A DNA stretch of 64,000 nt, taken from a virus. The translations under genes were made by a program, and so were the position numbers. Below the pieces are notes generated by a model that was given only the letters and a program-made list of their open reading frames with translations, did not search any database and was not told where the DNA came from. This document shows, piece by piece, positions 8,001 through 17,245 of the stretch (position 1 is the first letter of the stretch; each line of letters starts with the position of its first letter). The stretch lies in the IMG/VR virus record IMGVR_UViG_3300027763_000001, positions 30,462-94,461 of that record, one strand, 5' to 3'.

Positions 8001-10459
8001 CCGCGGGGCCCCCTGCAAGCTCGCCAGCAGGAACTGAGCCTGCCGAGGCAGGCGCGGCCGCCCCCGACCTGGCTTTTAACCGGGTCCTGTTGTTCGCCCG
8101 GATGAACGGCAGCGACAACGTCTTTCGCGATAGCGGTCCTTACGACCACAGCCTGATTCCCTTCGGCAACGTCACACAAATTCCTGGCGGCAAATGGGGC
8201 GGCAGCCAGGGGGCCTTCGACTCTTTTGGTGACTGGGTAGAGGTGCCTACCAACCCCGTGCTGGCCCTGGGGACAGGCGACTTTACTATTTCGATGTGGG
8301 CAAAGCGCACCGGCGAAGGCCAAGAAGCCGACTTCTTCCAGGCCCTGCTGGACAGCCGGACTGCCGAGCCTGAATCTCAGTTCTGCCTGCGCATCAACCG
8401 CAGCGTCACCGGCCGGCAGTTGTGCCTCTATGTCGGCGGGGCGATTCGAATCTTGGGCCAGCCCATGGCCATCAACGTTCGCTACCACGTCGCAGTGGTT
8501 CGCAGGAGCGGGATCACCTCTCTCTACATGAACGGGGCTCCTTCCGGCAGCACCTGGGCTGATACCACCAACTACACCAGCGCCAACTGGACGATTGGCC
8601 GAGCCCGGTTTGCTGCAGGAGCCGACCAGTGGTACTTCCAGGGCCACTTGAACGATGTTCGCATTGAGCGCGGTGCGCTCTACGACGGTGCCTTCATTCC
8701 TCCGACCGCTCCGATCGGAACCCCTCCATCGGCTACGGCCCGCTACTGGCGGCTAGTGGATTTGCGTCCATACCAAGGCTCAAGTGGCGTCTTTTCGCTC
8801 TCTGAAGTTGCGTTGCATCAGGGCCGCAACCGGTTGCCTGGAACCACCACGACCAGTCTGCCGGCGCCCAGCTCCGGTCTGCTGGTCAGCACTCAGGACC
8901 TAAGCGCCACCTTGAACTGCGACTGGAGCCGAGCCTCCATGGAGCAGATCGGCAGCTGGATCCAAATCGATGCCGGCGGACCTGTCACGGCCGACGGCTT
9001 GCGCCTAGCCACGGCCGGGCAGTCTGCCAGGGGCGTCTCAGGTCTCACGCTGCAGTATTCCAGCGACGGGGCCAACTGGGCCCCCCTAGGGCATGTCGCC
9101 AGCATCCCGCTAAGCGATTCAGCCCTAGGCCCTCGGCTGGGTTTCGTGCCCCTGCCCGGGCCGCCCACCGACATTGTTGATGCTGATTTCGATCGCGTCG
9201 TTCTTCTGCTGCGCGGCAATACACCCAGCGCTCTTGCAGCTGACAGCGGCCCCAGGGGGTTGACGGTCGACAACGTCAATGTTTCAGCCAGCACGATCGA
9301 AAGCGCTCAAGGCGGGCAAAGCATGCTGTTCAGTGCTACCAGCGGCTCCTACTTGACCCTGGGCGCGACCGGCGGTGATACGGGCCGGCGCTCGGTGTAC
9401 TTTTCCTTCGGGACCGGCGCCCTGACGGTCGAGCTGGACATTTTCCCGCTGACGATCCCGGCCAACTACTTCTCGCTGTTCAATACCAATGCCATCGGCG
9501 ATTCAGCCAGCTACGTCAATGGTTTTCAGTGGGTCCTGACAAGCACAATGAAGCTAGATCTTTACATCAATGGAGCCTTTCGTGGCGTTTCGCTGGGGTC
9601 AGTCAACCTGCGCCAATGGAACCGCTTGCGCCTCAGCCGTGATACTGCCGGTGTTTGGCGATACAACATCAACGGCGCGGTCGACGGGGCCGCCTTCACT
9701 AACGCAGTCGATCTGTCGAGCCGCGCCTTCACGATCGGACGGGACGGAGCCAACACTGGCGCTCCCTACCTCTACAACGGCTACATGGATGAGGTGAAGG
9801 TTACCCGCGGGCTGGCTCGCGGCAATGCAATACGCATCACTAATCTTGCCTGGACCTCCAGCGCCCGAGGGCGCCTGATCGGGGGCTTGGTCACGGGCCG
9901 GGCCATGCACAGTATCCTGTTCGGCCGCGGGCGACTGAGCGGAACCCTGACCACTGTGACTGTCACTGGCTCGCAAGAGACGGCATCCATCACCAGCTTG
10001 CCTGACGCGAGCCTGCCGCTGACCGGGCTCGAGCGAATCGCGATGGACCAGGCCGGAGCGACCGTATCGGCCGGGGGATTTGTGACAGGCCAGACATACC
10101 GGATCGCCGGTGTTGGGTCCACCGATTTCAGGCCGATCGGGGCCGCCTCCAACACGATTGGTCTGATCTTCAAGGCCACGGGCCCAGGGACAGGTAACGG
10201 CACTGCGGTCGTAATCAGAACCGTGGACGCGGCGATCCGGGACATCGCCGGTCTTGGCACGGCGGCCAGTGTCGTCGAGTATGACACCACGAGCACCCCA
10301 AACACGATTTACATCGGGCGAGCTCCCGTTGGCACGGACCAGACGGCAGCGGGTTGGACGATAGAGCGGACTACTTTCACGGCTCAAGGCATTAAAGTGG
10401 GCGAAGCACTGACCGCCACCGGCGCCTGGACTGCACGAACTTCTCTCGCTTACGCCTGA
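5057..10459 (+). CDS. Large tail fibre / receptor-binding protein with three LamG (concanavalin A-like) domains and a discoidin-like domain
   Basis: 1800 aa. Three repeats of F-x-V-L-L...G...FTIE/S...WxHVAxxR...FxGxxDxxRITKG; an ARYWRL...LQYSSDGANW F5/8-like segment; a beta-propeller-like region; phage tail C-terminal motifs. Confidence 0.8.
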   Translation: MTNWSQDGAPSFNRPELVRFDSLRDSKDLGAITDIKAHLSGFIGAEAGSQSLFFSFQLLVPGAIQVQTVTGSKWTARFVSASLRSESGSIGLDDRGNARGVDIVNSIDADEALAPFPPGKYTVVVSCSQWQSTPFELVLRVNPTTRLHADIAGRGGLGQYTRLRVAVARLSGALTGLGQLRAPGSGLFSGRRDRPLVGGFLAGRGALTGKLSVREPLRGLSGAFLAGRGGLGASTVVSNNLGPRMWASRLVTPTEATDSASYASVALSEADYSLHAFYYLPPGSPSSQRRLAVTYRAPNGQVLWSRLTDIYCLTNDTQGWKVLALTGGDFLLFSQSQAAFNGLLVIRIGRDGVVAWKRQFGSRINPVVGSNNSSEIDEISDAVLQPSLNRVIFAVVMGIGLGGITPGYITLDLNTGAAVSARALRGGTMQIDSDGVTLNAPLIKTDGRFILTGSKRGQPAYTWTVECDGNLTGVNTFYKYTDGTSLVFDGSAVLHGDGSLTIAGGSAIRSFEDGGGRADTGFPLLQLAPDLTIRRRVTSAAGNGDFTRGALIATDALGALHYGNEDGIYSRDYEGDLTYRYTTFAGLPGQINQISATKPGPWFNVASQWGILATSTASSQPALGTVVVGFEIDMAPTTVANGLNYSITIGTSEDVPQARQVVPAVVALDLDENDGDIVPIAFVSLAVVLNTSTPAWNPAFADASSILAWELTSSTIRRGTSSGFPQLAIKLDPAIEPDPLAQFVVFHLPGTGIPDTNFFVDYSQFAHQPVPLGNVKYSTEQALYPDLGGFFERTSIRFDGTEDAIAYAPSPAFRFGKENFTIEAKIFRLNSNPCVLFSNSQVGDPGAHSNSFYLALGADGILEIFSIGRGRLSPVFSASPRRTVPYGVWSHVALTREDQIWRVHINGQADAAAWRYDLDLSAGALLIGRGTQIPTNGFFGLGPQGADYFPFTGFMVDIRITKGAARYHRNFRPRAAPIQYLPAGPPASSPAGTEPAEAGAAAPDLAFNRVLLFARMNGSDNVFRDSGPYDHSLIPFGNVTQIPGGKWGGSQGAFDSFGDWVEVPTNPVLALGTGDFTISMWAKRTGEGQEADFFQALLDSRTAEPESQFCLRINRSVTGRQLCLYVGGAIRILGQPMAINVRYHVAVVRRSGITSLYMNGAPSGSTWADTTNYTSANWTIGRARFAAGADQWYFQGHLNDVRIERGALYDGAFIPPTAPIGTPPSATARYWRLVDLRPYQGSSGVFSLSEVALHQGRNRLPGTTTTSLPAPSSGLLVSTQDLSATLNCDWSRASMEQIGSWIQIDAGGPVTADGLRLATAGQSARGVSGLTLQYSSDGANWAPLGHVASIPLSDSALGPRLGFVPLPGPPTDIVDADFDRVVLLLRGNTPSALAADSGPRGLTVDNVNVSASTIESAQGGQSMLFSATSGSYLTLGATGGDTGRRSVYFSFGTGALTVELDIFPLTIPANYFSLFNTNAIGDSASYVNGFQWVLTSTMKLDLYINGAFRGVSLGSVNLRQWNRLRLSRDTAGVWRYNINGAVDGAAFTNAVDLSSRAFTIGRDGANTGAPYLYNGYMDEVKVTRGLARGNAIRITNLAWTSSARGRLIGGLVTGRAMHSILFGRGRLSGTLTTVTVTGSQETASITSLPDASLPLTGLERIAMDQAGATVSAGGFVTGQTYRIAGVGSTDFRPIGAASNTIGLIFKATGPGTGNGTAVVIRTVDAAIRDIAGLGTAASVVEYDTTSTPNTIYIGRAPVGTDQTAAGWTIERTTFTAQGIKVGEALTATGAWTARTSLAYA

Positions 10460-10462
10460 GCC

Positions 10463-13400
10463 TTGGCCAACCAGACGATCACCACCGCACTCAACTATGA
10501 CAGCGCCGCTATTGGCGGTTTGCTGGATGGCGAGAGCATCACGATCAACGGCGGGTCGCTAACGATTGACGCGGACACGCAGATCAACCAGCAGGCGGCG
10601 GCGTTTGGCAATGTCACGCTGTCGTCGACGCTGAGCGGGTCGGTCCTGATCGACGGCATGAAGGTCTGGGAGGTGCCGTTCTCGTCGGCGTCTGGAAACG
10701 TGCCCACGCAGGCGGCGCTCGGGAGCAATAACGTCACAGGCGGCACCAGCGGCGCGACGGGTGAGTTGACCCGTGTGTGGGCGGCAGGATCGTTTGACCC
10801 TGCCGCGGCGGGCGGCGCTATGCCTGCTTCGGGCTACATCAAGCTGCGGAGCACGACCGGAAACTTCCAAGCGGGCGAGAGCATTACGCTTCCGGGCGGT
10901 GCCACGATTGTCGCCAGCAATGCGGGCAAGCGCGGCACCATCCAAGTCATCGCGCGCACGATTGGCGGGGTCGGCGTTTTCATGGCAGTACCGCGTCTGG
11001 CTTCCTGCGTTGTCGATGGCACCTGGTACGAGCTGGGCACCACTGACGGCACGAACAATCAGATTTTCACGCTGCCCGTGCGCGAGGAATTAGGCGGCAT
11101 CCAGATCGAGACTGCCCCCGGATCGGGCGTTTATGAGTGGTACCCCAACGCAGGCGACATTTGGAACGGCCACTACACTGTCAACGAGGGACTGAATATC
11201 ACCAATGGCACCCTGGCAAGGAATGCCATTTCGGCGTTTCCCTATCCACCGGCGGAACGTCTCCGGGAAACTACGGCAACGGGCGTGCATAGTGCTTCGT
11301 TCCCGCTTGGTCAATTCGACACCAGCTTCCCGCCTGGCACCTATACCTTTTCCACCGTCTTGAAGCGTGAGACGCGGCAATGGGCAGCGGTACAGTTTTC
11401 CACAAATGGCGGTGCCGACCGTTACGGCGTATTGGTGGACCTGGACGCGGGGACGCTCACTGCTATCCCTAATGTCGGCAATCCGACCGGAACAAACTCT
11501 TCGATTGCCGTAGATAGCAACGGCTGGTATCGGGTAAACGTCACGATTAACCACTCAGGCGCGGGACAGACCGGCCAATGTACCGTTGCAACTTCAAACT
11601 CCGCAACCCCGACCTATGTGACCGGCCTGCCGTCCTTTGCCGGCAACGCCTCGGAGGGCGTCTATATCGCCCTGTCGCGGCTGGAAATGGCAACGTTCTC
11701 TTTCATCCCTACGAATGATGTTCGCGGAAAGTATTGCGCTGTGGACCCGATTGCGGGAACAGTTAAGCTGGCACTTCGCGGAGCAAATAATTCCGGCTTC
11801 AAACCACCTTCGGGCTGCAAGGTCAGGATACCAAACGTCTTTTTGTCCACCACGCAACCGGTAGATAGCGCCGCACCGATGCTGACCGCGCTGAACACGC
11901 GGTACTATATCCAATCCGGCAATCCCGGCCCCACGGTGAGAGGGGCTGTGCTGAATTGGTTCAACACCGGCAACATTGTGATTTCCGATAGCTGCACTAC
12001 ACAATACATCAACAGCACGGCAATCACTAACTGTTGCGTCGGTGTGGGCCTGATGCCATCAACCACTACCGCCCTCGCAATAGCAAACGTCACCGCCGGA
12101 AACGTGACCGATAGCCGATTCACCCGACGCAGTAACACGACGGTTTTTTCCGCAGTAGCTAGCACCAATATCGCAATCCAGCGATGCCGGTTTGACCTGA
12201 TTGCCCGCTGGCAGGGCCTTTCGCAAAGGCAAACGACCGGACCAACTCAGTTCCCTACTGTGAATTTGGGAATGTCCAACTTCGTTTTCGAGGACGGCGA
12301 GGTGATCAATGGGCAGACTACAATCGGCGCGGGAAACTCAAACGGCCTGATCAAGAATTTTAAGTACGCGGATGTCATGGCCGGCGGCACCCCCGCAGTA
12401 GCGAGTTCGGCTATTCTTGCGCAAGGCACAAACATCACGATTGATGGGTTTACGGCGCTAGGTGGATTGCTGAATGTACATCCCTATGACCAGATTGTGA
12501 ACCTTGCGGTCAGCGGCGGATATTACACCAACCTGTCAATTGGAAACATCGGCACACCGTCAGCCCCGTTCAATGGTGGTACGGTTAACCCGATGGGGTA
12601 CATCTTGAACGGGTTTGCGGGTTCCAGGGCCACACTCCGGCGCATCTACACCACTAATAACCGCCTCGGGCCTGTGTTGTTTACTGCAAACGGCCCGTTG
12701 TTTGAAATGTTCGATGTCTGGGCCACCGGATCACAATTTATCGACTTGAACGGCCCATCTATCACCAGCCGGGGCGGTCGCTGGTCGAATTTCAGGCGCG
12801 GCGTTGCGAATGCAAACGGCACTCATTGGGATGATGCATATATCTCCACTACGAATGGGCGCATTACGGTCATGGCAAACGAGCCTACAGTCGCTTCCGC
12901 AAGCCAATTTTCCGGCACATTCGGCATCGGCTCCGGCTATACCGGCACAGGCAGCATAGTTCTTTCAAGGTTGACGGATGAGGCAGTCTGGACCTCGCCC
13001 CATCGGTTCTATGGTCACACCGCGTTCGGCGGCGGTGGATCGCCCGGCGGGGCAGGCACGCAAAACCTGCTTTGGGAATACAAGATCGACACGGGCAGCG
13101 GTTTTGGAGCGTCCTGGACATTTTTGGCAAACACGGTGCAAACCGTTGGCGACCCGGCGAATGGCGCGACCACGGTAACGATGAACGGAACCGACTTGGC
13201 GGCGCTGACCCGCCAGCCGCAGATCGGGGATTTTATCCAGCACAGCACTTTCCGACTGCCGCAGGATACGATCATCACCAACATCGTCGGGAACGTGATC
13301 AGCGTCTCCAACGCTTTCGTCTCCTCGCTGCTGGGCCCAAGCGGCACGATTTCTTTCTCGCCGGTTAACGTCGCTGTCAGCCCGACCGATGGCTACCTCC

Positions 13401-13765
13401 TGCAAATCCGGTGCCGCGCGACTTTGGCCGCAACGGGGACGCTTACAACCGGGTTTTCTGCAGGCATCCAGACCAACGCGATAGATCAGCAAATTCCGCA
13501 CCCCTTGCCGGGTTCGCTGGTCAACATTACCAATCTTGTTCCGCAGACGCGGGTCAAGGTCAGCCGGGTGGACACCGGCGTAACCTTGCAGCAAGCATCG
13601 TGCGGCGCGGGTACAAGTCTGGCCTTTGATTTTCAGTACACAGGCGCGGTGGAGGTGGAGGCGCGAAACGCGGGCGGCGCTCCAACGTACGAGCCGTGGG
13701 TGACACAAGTCACCATTTCACCTGCGACGCCGATAAACATCGCCGCGCTTCAAGAACCCGACTAA
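10463..13765 (+). CDS. Tail spike/fibre-like protein with beta-helix region
   Basis: 1100 aa, TTG start, Gly/Thr/Asn-rich; AERLRETTATGVH...GWYRVNVT carbohydrate-binding-like module; beta-helix-like N/I/T-rich stretch. Confidence 0.6.
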   Translation: MANQTITTALNYDSAAIGGLLDGESITINGGSLTIDADTQINQQAAAFGNVTLSSTLSGSVLIDGMKVWEVPFSSASGNVPTQAALGSNNVTGGTSGATGELTRVWAAGSFDPAAAGGAMPASGYIKLRSTTGNFQAGESITLPGGATIVASNAGKRGTIQVIARTIGGVGVFMAVPRLASCVVDGTWYELGTTDGTNNQIFTLPVREELGGIQIETAPGSGVYEWYPNAGDIWNGHYTVNEGLNITNGTLARNAISAFPYPPAERLRETTATGVHSASFPLGQFDTSFPPGTYTFSTVLKRETRQWAAVQFSTNGGADRYGVLVDLDAGTLTAIPNVGNPTGTNSSIAVDSNGWYRVNVTINHSGAGQTGQCTVATSNSATPTYVTGLPSFAGNASEGVYIALSRLEMATFSFIPTNDVRGKYCAVDPIAGTVKLALRGANNSGFKPPSGCKVRIPNVFLSTTQPVDSAAPMLTALNTRYYIQSGNPGPTVRGAVLNWFNTGNIVISDSCTTQYINSTAITNCCVGVGLMPSTTTALAIANVTAGNVTDSRFTRRSNTTVFSAVASTNIAIQRCRFDLIARWQGLSQRQTTGPTQFPTVNLGMSNFVFEDGEVINGQTTIGAGNSNGLIKNFKYADVMAGGTPAVASSAILAQGTNITIDGFTALGGLLNVHPYDQIVNLAVSGGYYTNLSIGNIGTPSAPFNGGTVNPMGYILNGFAGSRATLRRIYTTNNRLGPVLFTANGPLFEMFDVWATGSQFIDLNGPSITSRGGRWSNFRRGVANANGTHWDDAYISTTNGRITVMANEPTVASASQFSGTFGIGSGYTGTGSIVLSRLTDEAVWTSPHRFYGHTAFGGGGSPGGAGTQNLLWEYKIDTGSGFGASWTFLANTVQTVGDPANGATTVTMNGTDLAALTRQPQIGDFIQHSTFRLPQDTIITNIVGNVISVSNAFVSSLLGPSGTISFSPVNVAVSPTDGYLLQIRCRATLAATGTLTTGFSAGIQTNAIDQQIPHPLPGSLVNITNLVPQTRVKVSRVDTGVTLQQASCGAGTSLAFDFQYTGAVEVEARNAGGAPTYEPWVTQVTISPATPINIAALQEPD

Positions 13766-13776
13766 AGGAAAACCCC

Positions 13777-15219
13777 ATGCCTATCGCAACTGACTTCACC
13801 GTCTCCCCAGCCGGCGACATTCGCCGCCAGGCGGGCGCCAGTACGGAGGTCTACTCCGTACTGGCGCTGCACGCATGGTTGCAGGCCTCAGCGTATCAGG
13901 AAGCAGTAACAGGCGACGACTTTTTGGATATTTATACGCCAAACCCTTCCAAACTGGACGGCCCACGCGATACAGCCGTTGCTTCGCGCCTGAACTTGCT
14001 TACAAAGGGATCGGTCGCGTACAACCTGGACGACGCGGCAGCGAGGTTTGTCAACTTTGGATCGGTCAAGCAGCAGGGTGCATTTGTTCAATACTCCGGC
14101 TTCAAGACCATTGGCGGCATCGTGGCCGCCAGCCCAATCTATGTGGTGCAAAGCGGTTCGAAGCTGACGAAGTTCTGGGCCAATGGCCATGTGCAGATCA
14201 TAATCAAGGTCAAGACAGCGAACGCCTTTATCGACGGCGGAAACGTTACCGCCTTCAGTCGGAAATGGGGCCAAACCTATTCCCACTTCGATGTAAACCT
14301 ATCGGCCGGGGGCGAGAGCAACGCGGCGCTTTCGACCGCGCTTGATGGAAATATCCTATTAACTGAAGCCCAGGCGGCGGCGCTTTCGACCAAGGTGGCG
14401 GTGGCGTTCGGCGACACCACTCAGGATCTAGTGAATGGCAATGGCGCTAAGTCATATAAAGGCACCATCACTCTTTCCGATTCCTGCACATTGCAAGAAG
14501 CGTATCAATACTTGCAATACCTTACGCGAGAAGATAGCGCGGCCACGCTAAACGGTATTCCCGGCTGGCGTTACCGTGCGCTCAATGCGGCGTACACCGA
14601 AATCCCGGCGGCCCCGTTTGGGACGTTCGCTGGCGGCAAATTCTTCCTGGCGCAGGGCTGGTTCATTACTGGCGTCCTTCCGGCTGAAAGCACAAAATAT
14701 CAGCTGATCGCGCACGACGGGACCGAACAAGTTCCGCCCACGCTTGCCAGCATTACGATTGGCAACCTTGACGTCGGGTACCGAGTGGTGGTGGCTCGTG
14801 ACGATGGATCGGGTGAAGTCTTGAAGGACGAATACACGCCTGTTGCAGCGGCTGCCGGTGCCACGGCTTTAGCGGTGGTGGAAAGCATTAAGACCGATAC
14901 ACCTGCGGCGGGCGTGATCCGCGTTAAGGGATTACGTTACACCTACGCTTCTTTTAATGCAGGCACCAAGACCTTCTCCGGCCTTTCCCCGGCTCTATCG
15001 AGCAGCATTGTCACAGCAGATGACGTTTTCGTGCCGTTCATTGACCGCATTGCAACCGCAGGGACTGAAACGGTATCGTTTATCCATGCCGGCAACTTCA
15101 ATGCACAGGTGTTGGTCCGTTATGGCGTCGGCAGTTCGCCCATTCAGCCGTACGCTACGACCCTGACTATCACAAGCTCGGGCGGTTCTGTGAACGCAAG
15201 CCGCGATAGTGATGTGTAA
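13777..15219 (+). CDS. Putative virion structural (tail-associated) protein
   Basis: ATG at 13777 after AAGGAA; MPIATDFTVSPAGDIR...; beta-rich, 480 aa, operonic with the tail genes. Confidence 0.6.
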   Translation: MPIATDFTVSPAGDIRRQAGASTEVYSVLALHAWLQASAYQEAVTGDDFLDIYTPNPSKLDGPRDTAVASRLNLLTKGSVAYNLDDAAARFVNFGSVKQQGAFVQYSGFKTIGGIVAASPIYVVQSGSKLTKFWANGHVQIIIKVKTANAFIDGGNVTAFSRKWGQTYSHFDVNLSAGGESNAALSTALDGNILLTEAQAAALSTKVAVAFGDTTQDLVNGNGAKSYKGTITLSDSCTLQEAYQYLQYLTREDSAATLNGIPGWRYRALNAAYTEIPAAPFGTFAGGKFFLAQGWFITGVLPAESTKYQLIAHDGTEQVPPTLASITIGNLDVGYRVVVARDDGSGEVLKDEYTPVAAAAGATALAVVESIKTDTPAAGVIRVKGLRYTYASFNAGTKTFSGLSPALSSSIVTADDVFVPFIDRIATAGTETVSFIHAGNFNAQVLVRYGVGSSPIQPYATTLTITSSGGSVNASRDSDV

Positions 15220-15656
15220 TGCCTTACCACATAGCGCCATTCACTTTTGATTTCGAAGCGTCACTCATATACATAGATGAAGGCGTGCCCGACATCCTCT
15301 GTATTCCACTTTACACTGCTATCAAAGCAGCGCAGGCCAGTGAAGAAGGAATCATCTATGACCGAATCAGCAAAGGATCAGGCCTTACCGTCCTTGGTCC
15401 CGGTGTTCAGGAAGGCATCACCGTCAAATTACTGGGGATGTGGCAGCTTAAGTTCCCTGCCGGAAACTACATCGCCCGGGTCGCGGGAGGAAATCTTGTC
15501 GGCGGACCAAACGGAGACCCCATCGCCTACTCCGCCGGGGTCCAAACCCTCCTAATCCAATCCGCTGCTTCTACTGTGGTGATGGCTAGCGGCCAAGGCA
15601 ACTGCGCAACCCCCGACCAAGTCGCTGCGATCGTAAAGGGAGCGGTAAGTGCGTAG
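15219..15656 (+). CDS. Putative virion structural protein
   Basis: TAATG coupling to the previous gene; 145 aa. Confidence 0.55.
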   Translation: MPYHIAPFTFDFEASLIYIDEGVPDILCIPLYTAIKAAQASEEGIIYDRISKGSGLTVLGPGVQEGITVKLLGMWQLKFPAGNYIARVAGGNLVGGPNGDPIAYSAGVQTLLIQSAASTVVMASGQGNCATPDQVAAIVKGAVSA

Positions 15657-15708
15657 CGGCTCTCTTTAGGGTCGAGCTCAGGACAGTGGCCCGCGGCACG
15701 CCACGCAT

Positions 15709-15719
15709 CTGCCAGAATG
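15709..15719 (+). promoter_or_regulatory. CTGCCAGAATG motif, candidate late promoter
   Basis: Second exact copy of the 5018 motif. Confidence 0.45.
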
Positions 15720-15741
15720 AGAGGAAAGCCTCCACCAGCCC

Positions 15742-16164
15742 ATGCCGTTCTCCCAGTACATGGCCACCCAGATACTGAACTGGGTGCGCGGCACGGTCAT
15801 GCCAGCGGCCCCGACCGGCCTGTTCATTACCATTCACAGCGCCAGCCCCACTAATGACGGCTCGGCGGCCAACATCACCTCTACGGTTACCGGCAATAAC
15901 AACCGCATTCAGCTGCCCCAAGCAGACCTGGCTGCTATCACCTCGGTCGGCGGTGGTGGCTTCGAGAGGCTGAATGCTCAGACAGTGATCATCACCAACA
16001 GCGCTGTCAATGGCGCCTCGGCGTTTGCCAGTCATGCTGCCGTTTGGAATGCCAACACGGGGGGCGACCTGCTGCTCCATGACGCACTTTCGGTGGTGAC
16101 GGAGATCCAGTTTGGCGATCTCGTAAAATTCGATCCCTCGACCTTCTCGCTTCGAGTTATTTGA
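15742..16164 (+). CDS. Small phage tail-fibre-associated protein (Gp80-like)
   Basis: MPFSQYMATQILNWVRG...LFITIHSASP...SHAAVWNANTGGDLL...GDLVKF is the pattern of a widespread ~130-aa phage tail protein family. Confidence 0.65.
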   Translation: MPFSQYMATQILNWVRGTVMPAAPTGLFITIHSASPTNDGSAANITSTVTGNNNRIQLPQADLAAITSVGGGGFERLNAQTVIITNSAVNGASAFASHAAVWNANTGGDLLLHDALSVVTEIQFGDLVKFDPSTFSLRVI

Positions 16165-16313
16165 TGGCAACTCAAACGAAGACCACCGGCCTGGGCAAGA
16201 CTTGGCTCCAGGGCGACAAAAAGGACCCCGTGCATCACAAGACCACCCAAGGCAACGGGCGGGGCAGCCGAGCAAAAGGGAGCCGGAAGCTCAGTCGCGG
16301 TCAGGGGCGATAA
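16164..16313 (+). CDS. 49-aa basic peptide ending RGQGR
   Basis: Hand translation MATQTKTTGLGKTWLQGDKKDPVHHKTTQGNGRGSRAKGSRKLSRGQGR; TGATG coupling; below the ORF-track cutoff. Confidence 0.7.
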   Translation: MATQTKTTGLGKTWLQGDKKDPVHHKTTQGNGRGSRAKGSRKLSRGQGR

Positions 16314-16314
16314 A

Positions 16315-16650
16315 TTGGAAGTCTTCCTGGACAAGGCGGTCGGGCCCGAGCGCCTTGTCGTCGAGGTCCGACTGGAACATGCCGCCATCCGCACAGCGCT
16401 AGACCTTCACTGGGTTCATTGGATGGTCTTCCAGGTGCTCGCCGGAGCCGACGCCCCGGTGACTTATCTCAATGGCGAGATTCTCGGCGGCGGCAGCAGA
16501 AACTTTGAGATCGCCCGCGTCCACGATACGGAGCGCCAGGAGGACGTCTACACATGCTCCTGGGATGCCGCCACGCCTCTGCTCGATGACCCCGACGTAA
16601 TTGACCTGGAGATTATTGAGAAGCGCTTGGCTCTGCCGGCTGGGGCGTGA
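16315..16650 (+). CDS. Hypothetical protein
   Basis: TTG start 1 nt after the previous stop; 111 aa. Confidence 0.55.
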   Translation: MEVFLDKAVGPERLVVEVRLEHAAIRTALDLHWVHWMVFQVLAGADAPVTYLNGEILGGGSRNFEIARVHDTERQEDVYTCSWDAATPLLDDPDVIDLEIIEKRLALPAGA

Positions 16651-16852
16651 GGCCGAAGAGGGCTCGCGCTTGCCGTATCTGCAGCTCCCTGCGCTCGTCT
16701 TGATCAGCCTGATAGGCCGCCAGGAAGTCCCACTCTTCGACCGACTCCCAGTCGCTCCAGGAGCTGCTGGCGATGCCGTCGCCGGGGTAAAGGCTGTCTA
16801 GGTTAAATCGATGCCGCCACTGCAGGGTGCGATCGCCTTCGTTGACAATCAT
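16613..16852 (-). CDS. Hypothetical protein
   Basis: 79 aa; last gene of the minus-strand run, converging on the plus block. Confidence 0.45.
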   Translation of the reverse strand: MIVNEGDRTLQWRHRFNLDSLYPGDGIASSSWSDWESVEEWDFLAAYQADQDERRELQIRQARALFGLTPQPAEPSASQ

Positions 16853-16878
16853 TCGGAACTGAATTGGAGCGCTGCTTA

Positions 16879-17217
16879 TTACTTAGGCAGCCTCATCTCA
16901 TCCCGCAGGCAGTGGTGCATCGCCAGCTTGCGCATGTCCTCGAGGTGGCGCTCCGTGGCCGCCAGGGAGCCTGCTGAGCCGCTTCCTTCACTGGGGCGCA
17001 GGCCACACTGCCAGAGCTGGTCCATCAACCCCTGGGCTTCGGTGGGGGCCAGGGTGAACAAGGGGCGGTGCGGGAAGCATTGATCGGATGGAAGCGGCTC
17101 CATCGCCAAGCCCGTCGCGATCAAAAGGTCGCTTCCCGTCCGACCGCCCAAGCTTCCCAGCTGGAACTCGATGGAGCTTCCCCAGGCGGCGCGTTGGGCG
17201 TAGATCTTGAAGGTCAT
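16879..17217 (-). CDS. Conserved phage hypothetical protein
   Basis: AQGLMDQLWQCGLRPSEGSGSAGSLAATERHLEDMRKL, a motif recognisable from phage hypothetical proteins; ATG at 17217. Confidence 0.65.
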   Translation of the reverse strand: MTFKIYAQRAAWGSSIEFQLGSLGGRTGSDLLIATGLAMEPLPSDQCFPHRPLFTLAPTEAQGLMDQLWQCGLRPSEGSGSAGSLAATERHLEDMRKLAMHHCLRDEMRLPK

Positions 17218-17245
17218 GGTCAGCAATCCCAAGGGGTAGAGGTCG

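Noticed and set aside
5057-15656. Diversity-generating retroelement or invertible tail-fibre system
   Set aside because: No reverse transcriptase, invertase or TR/VR nucleotide repeat pair was seen; the LamG repeats are diverged at the protein level.
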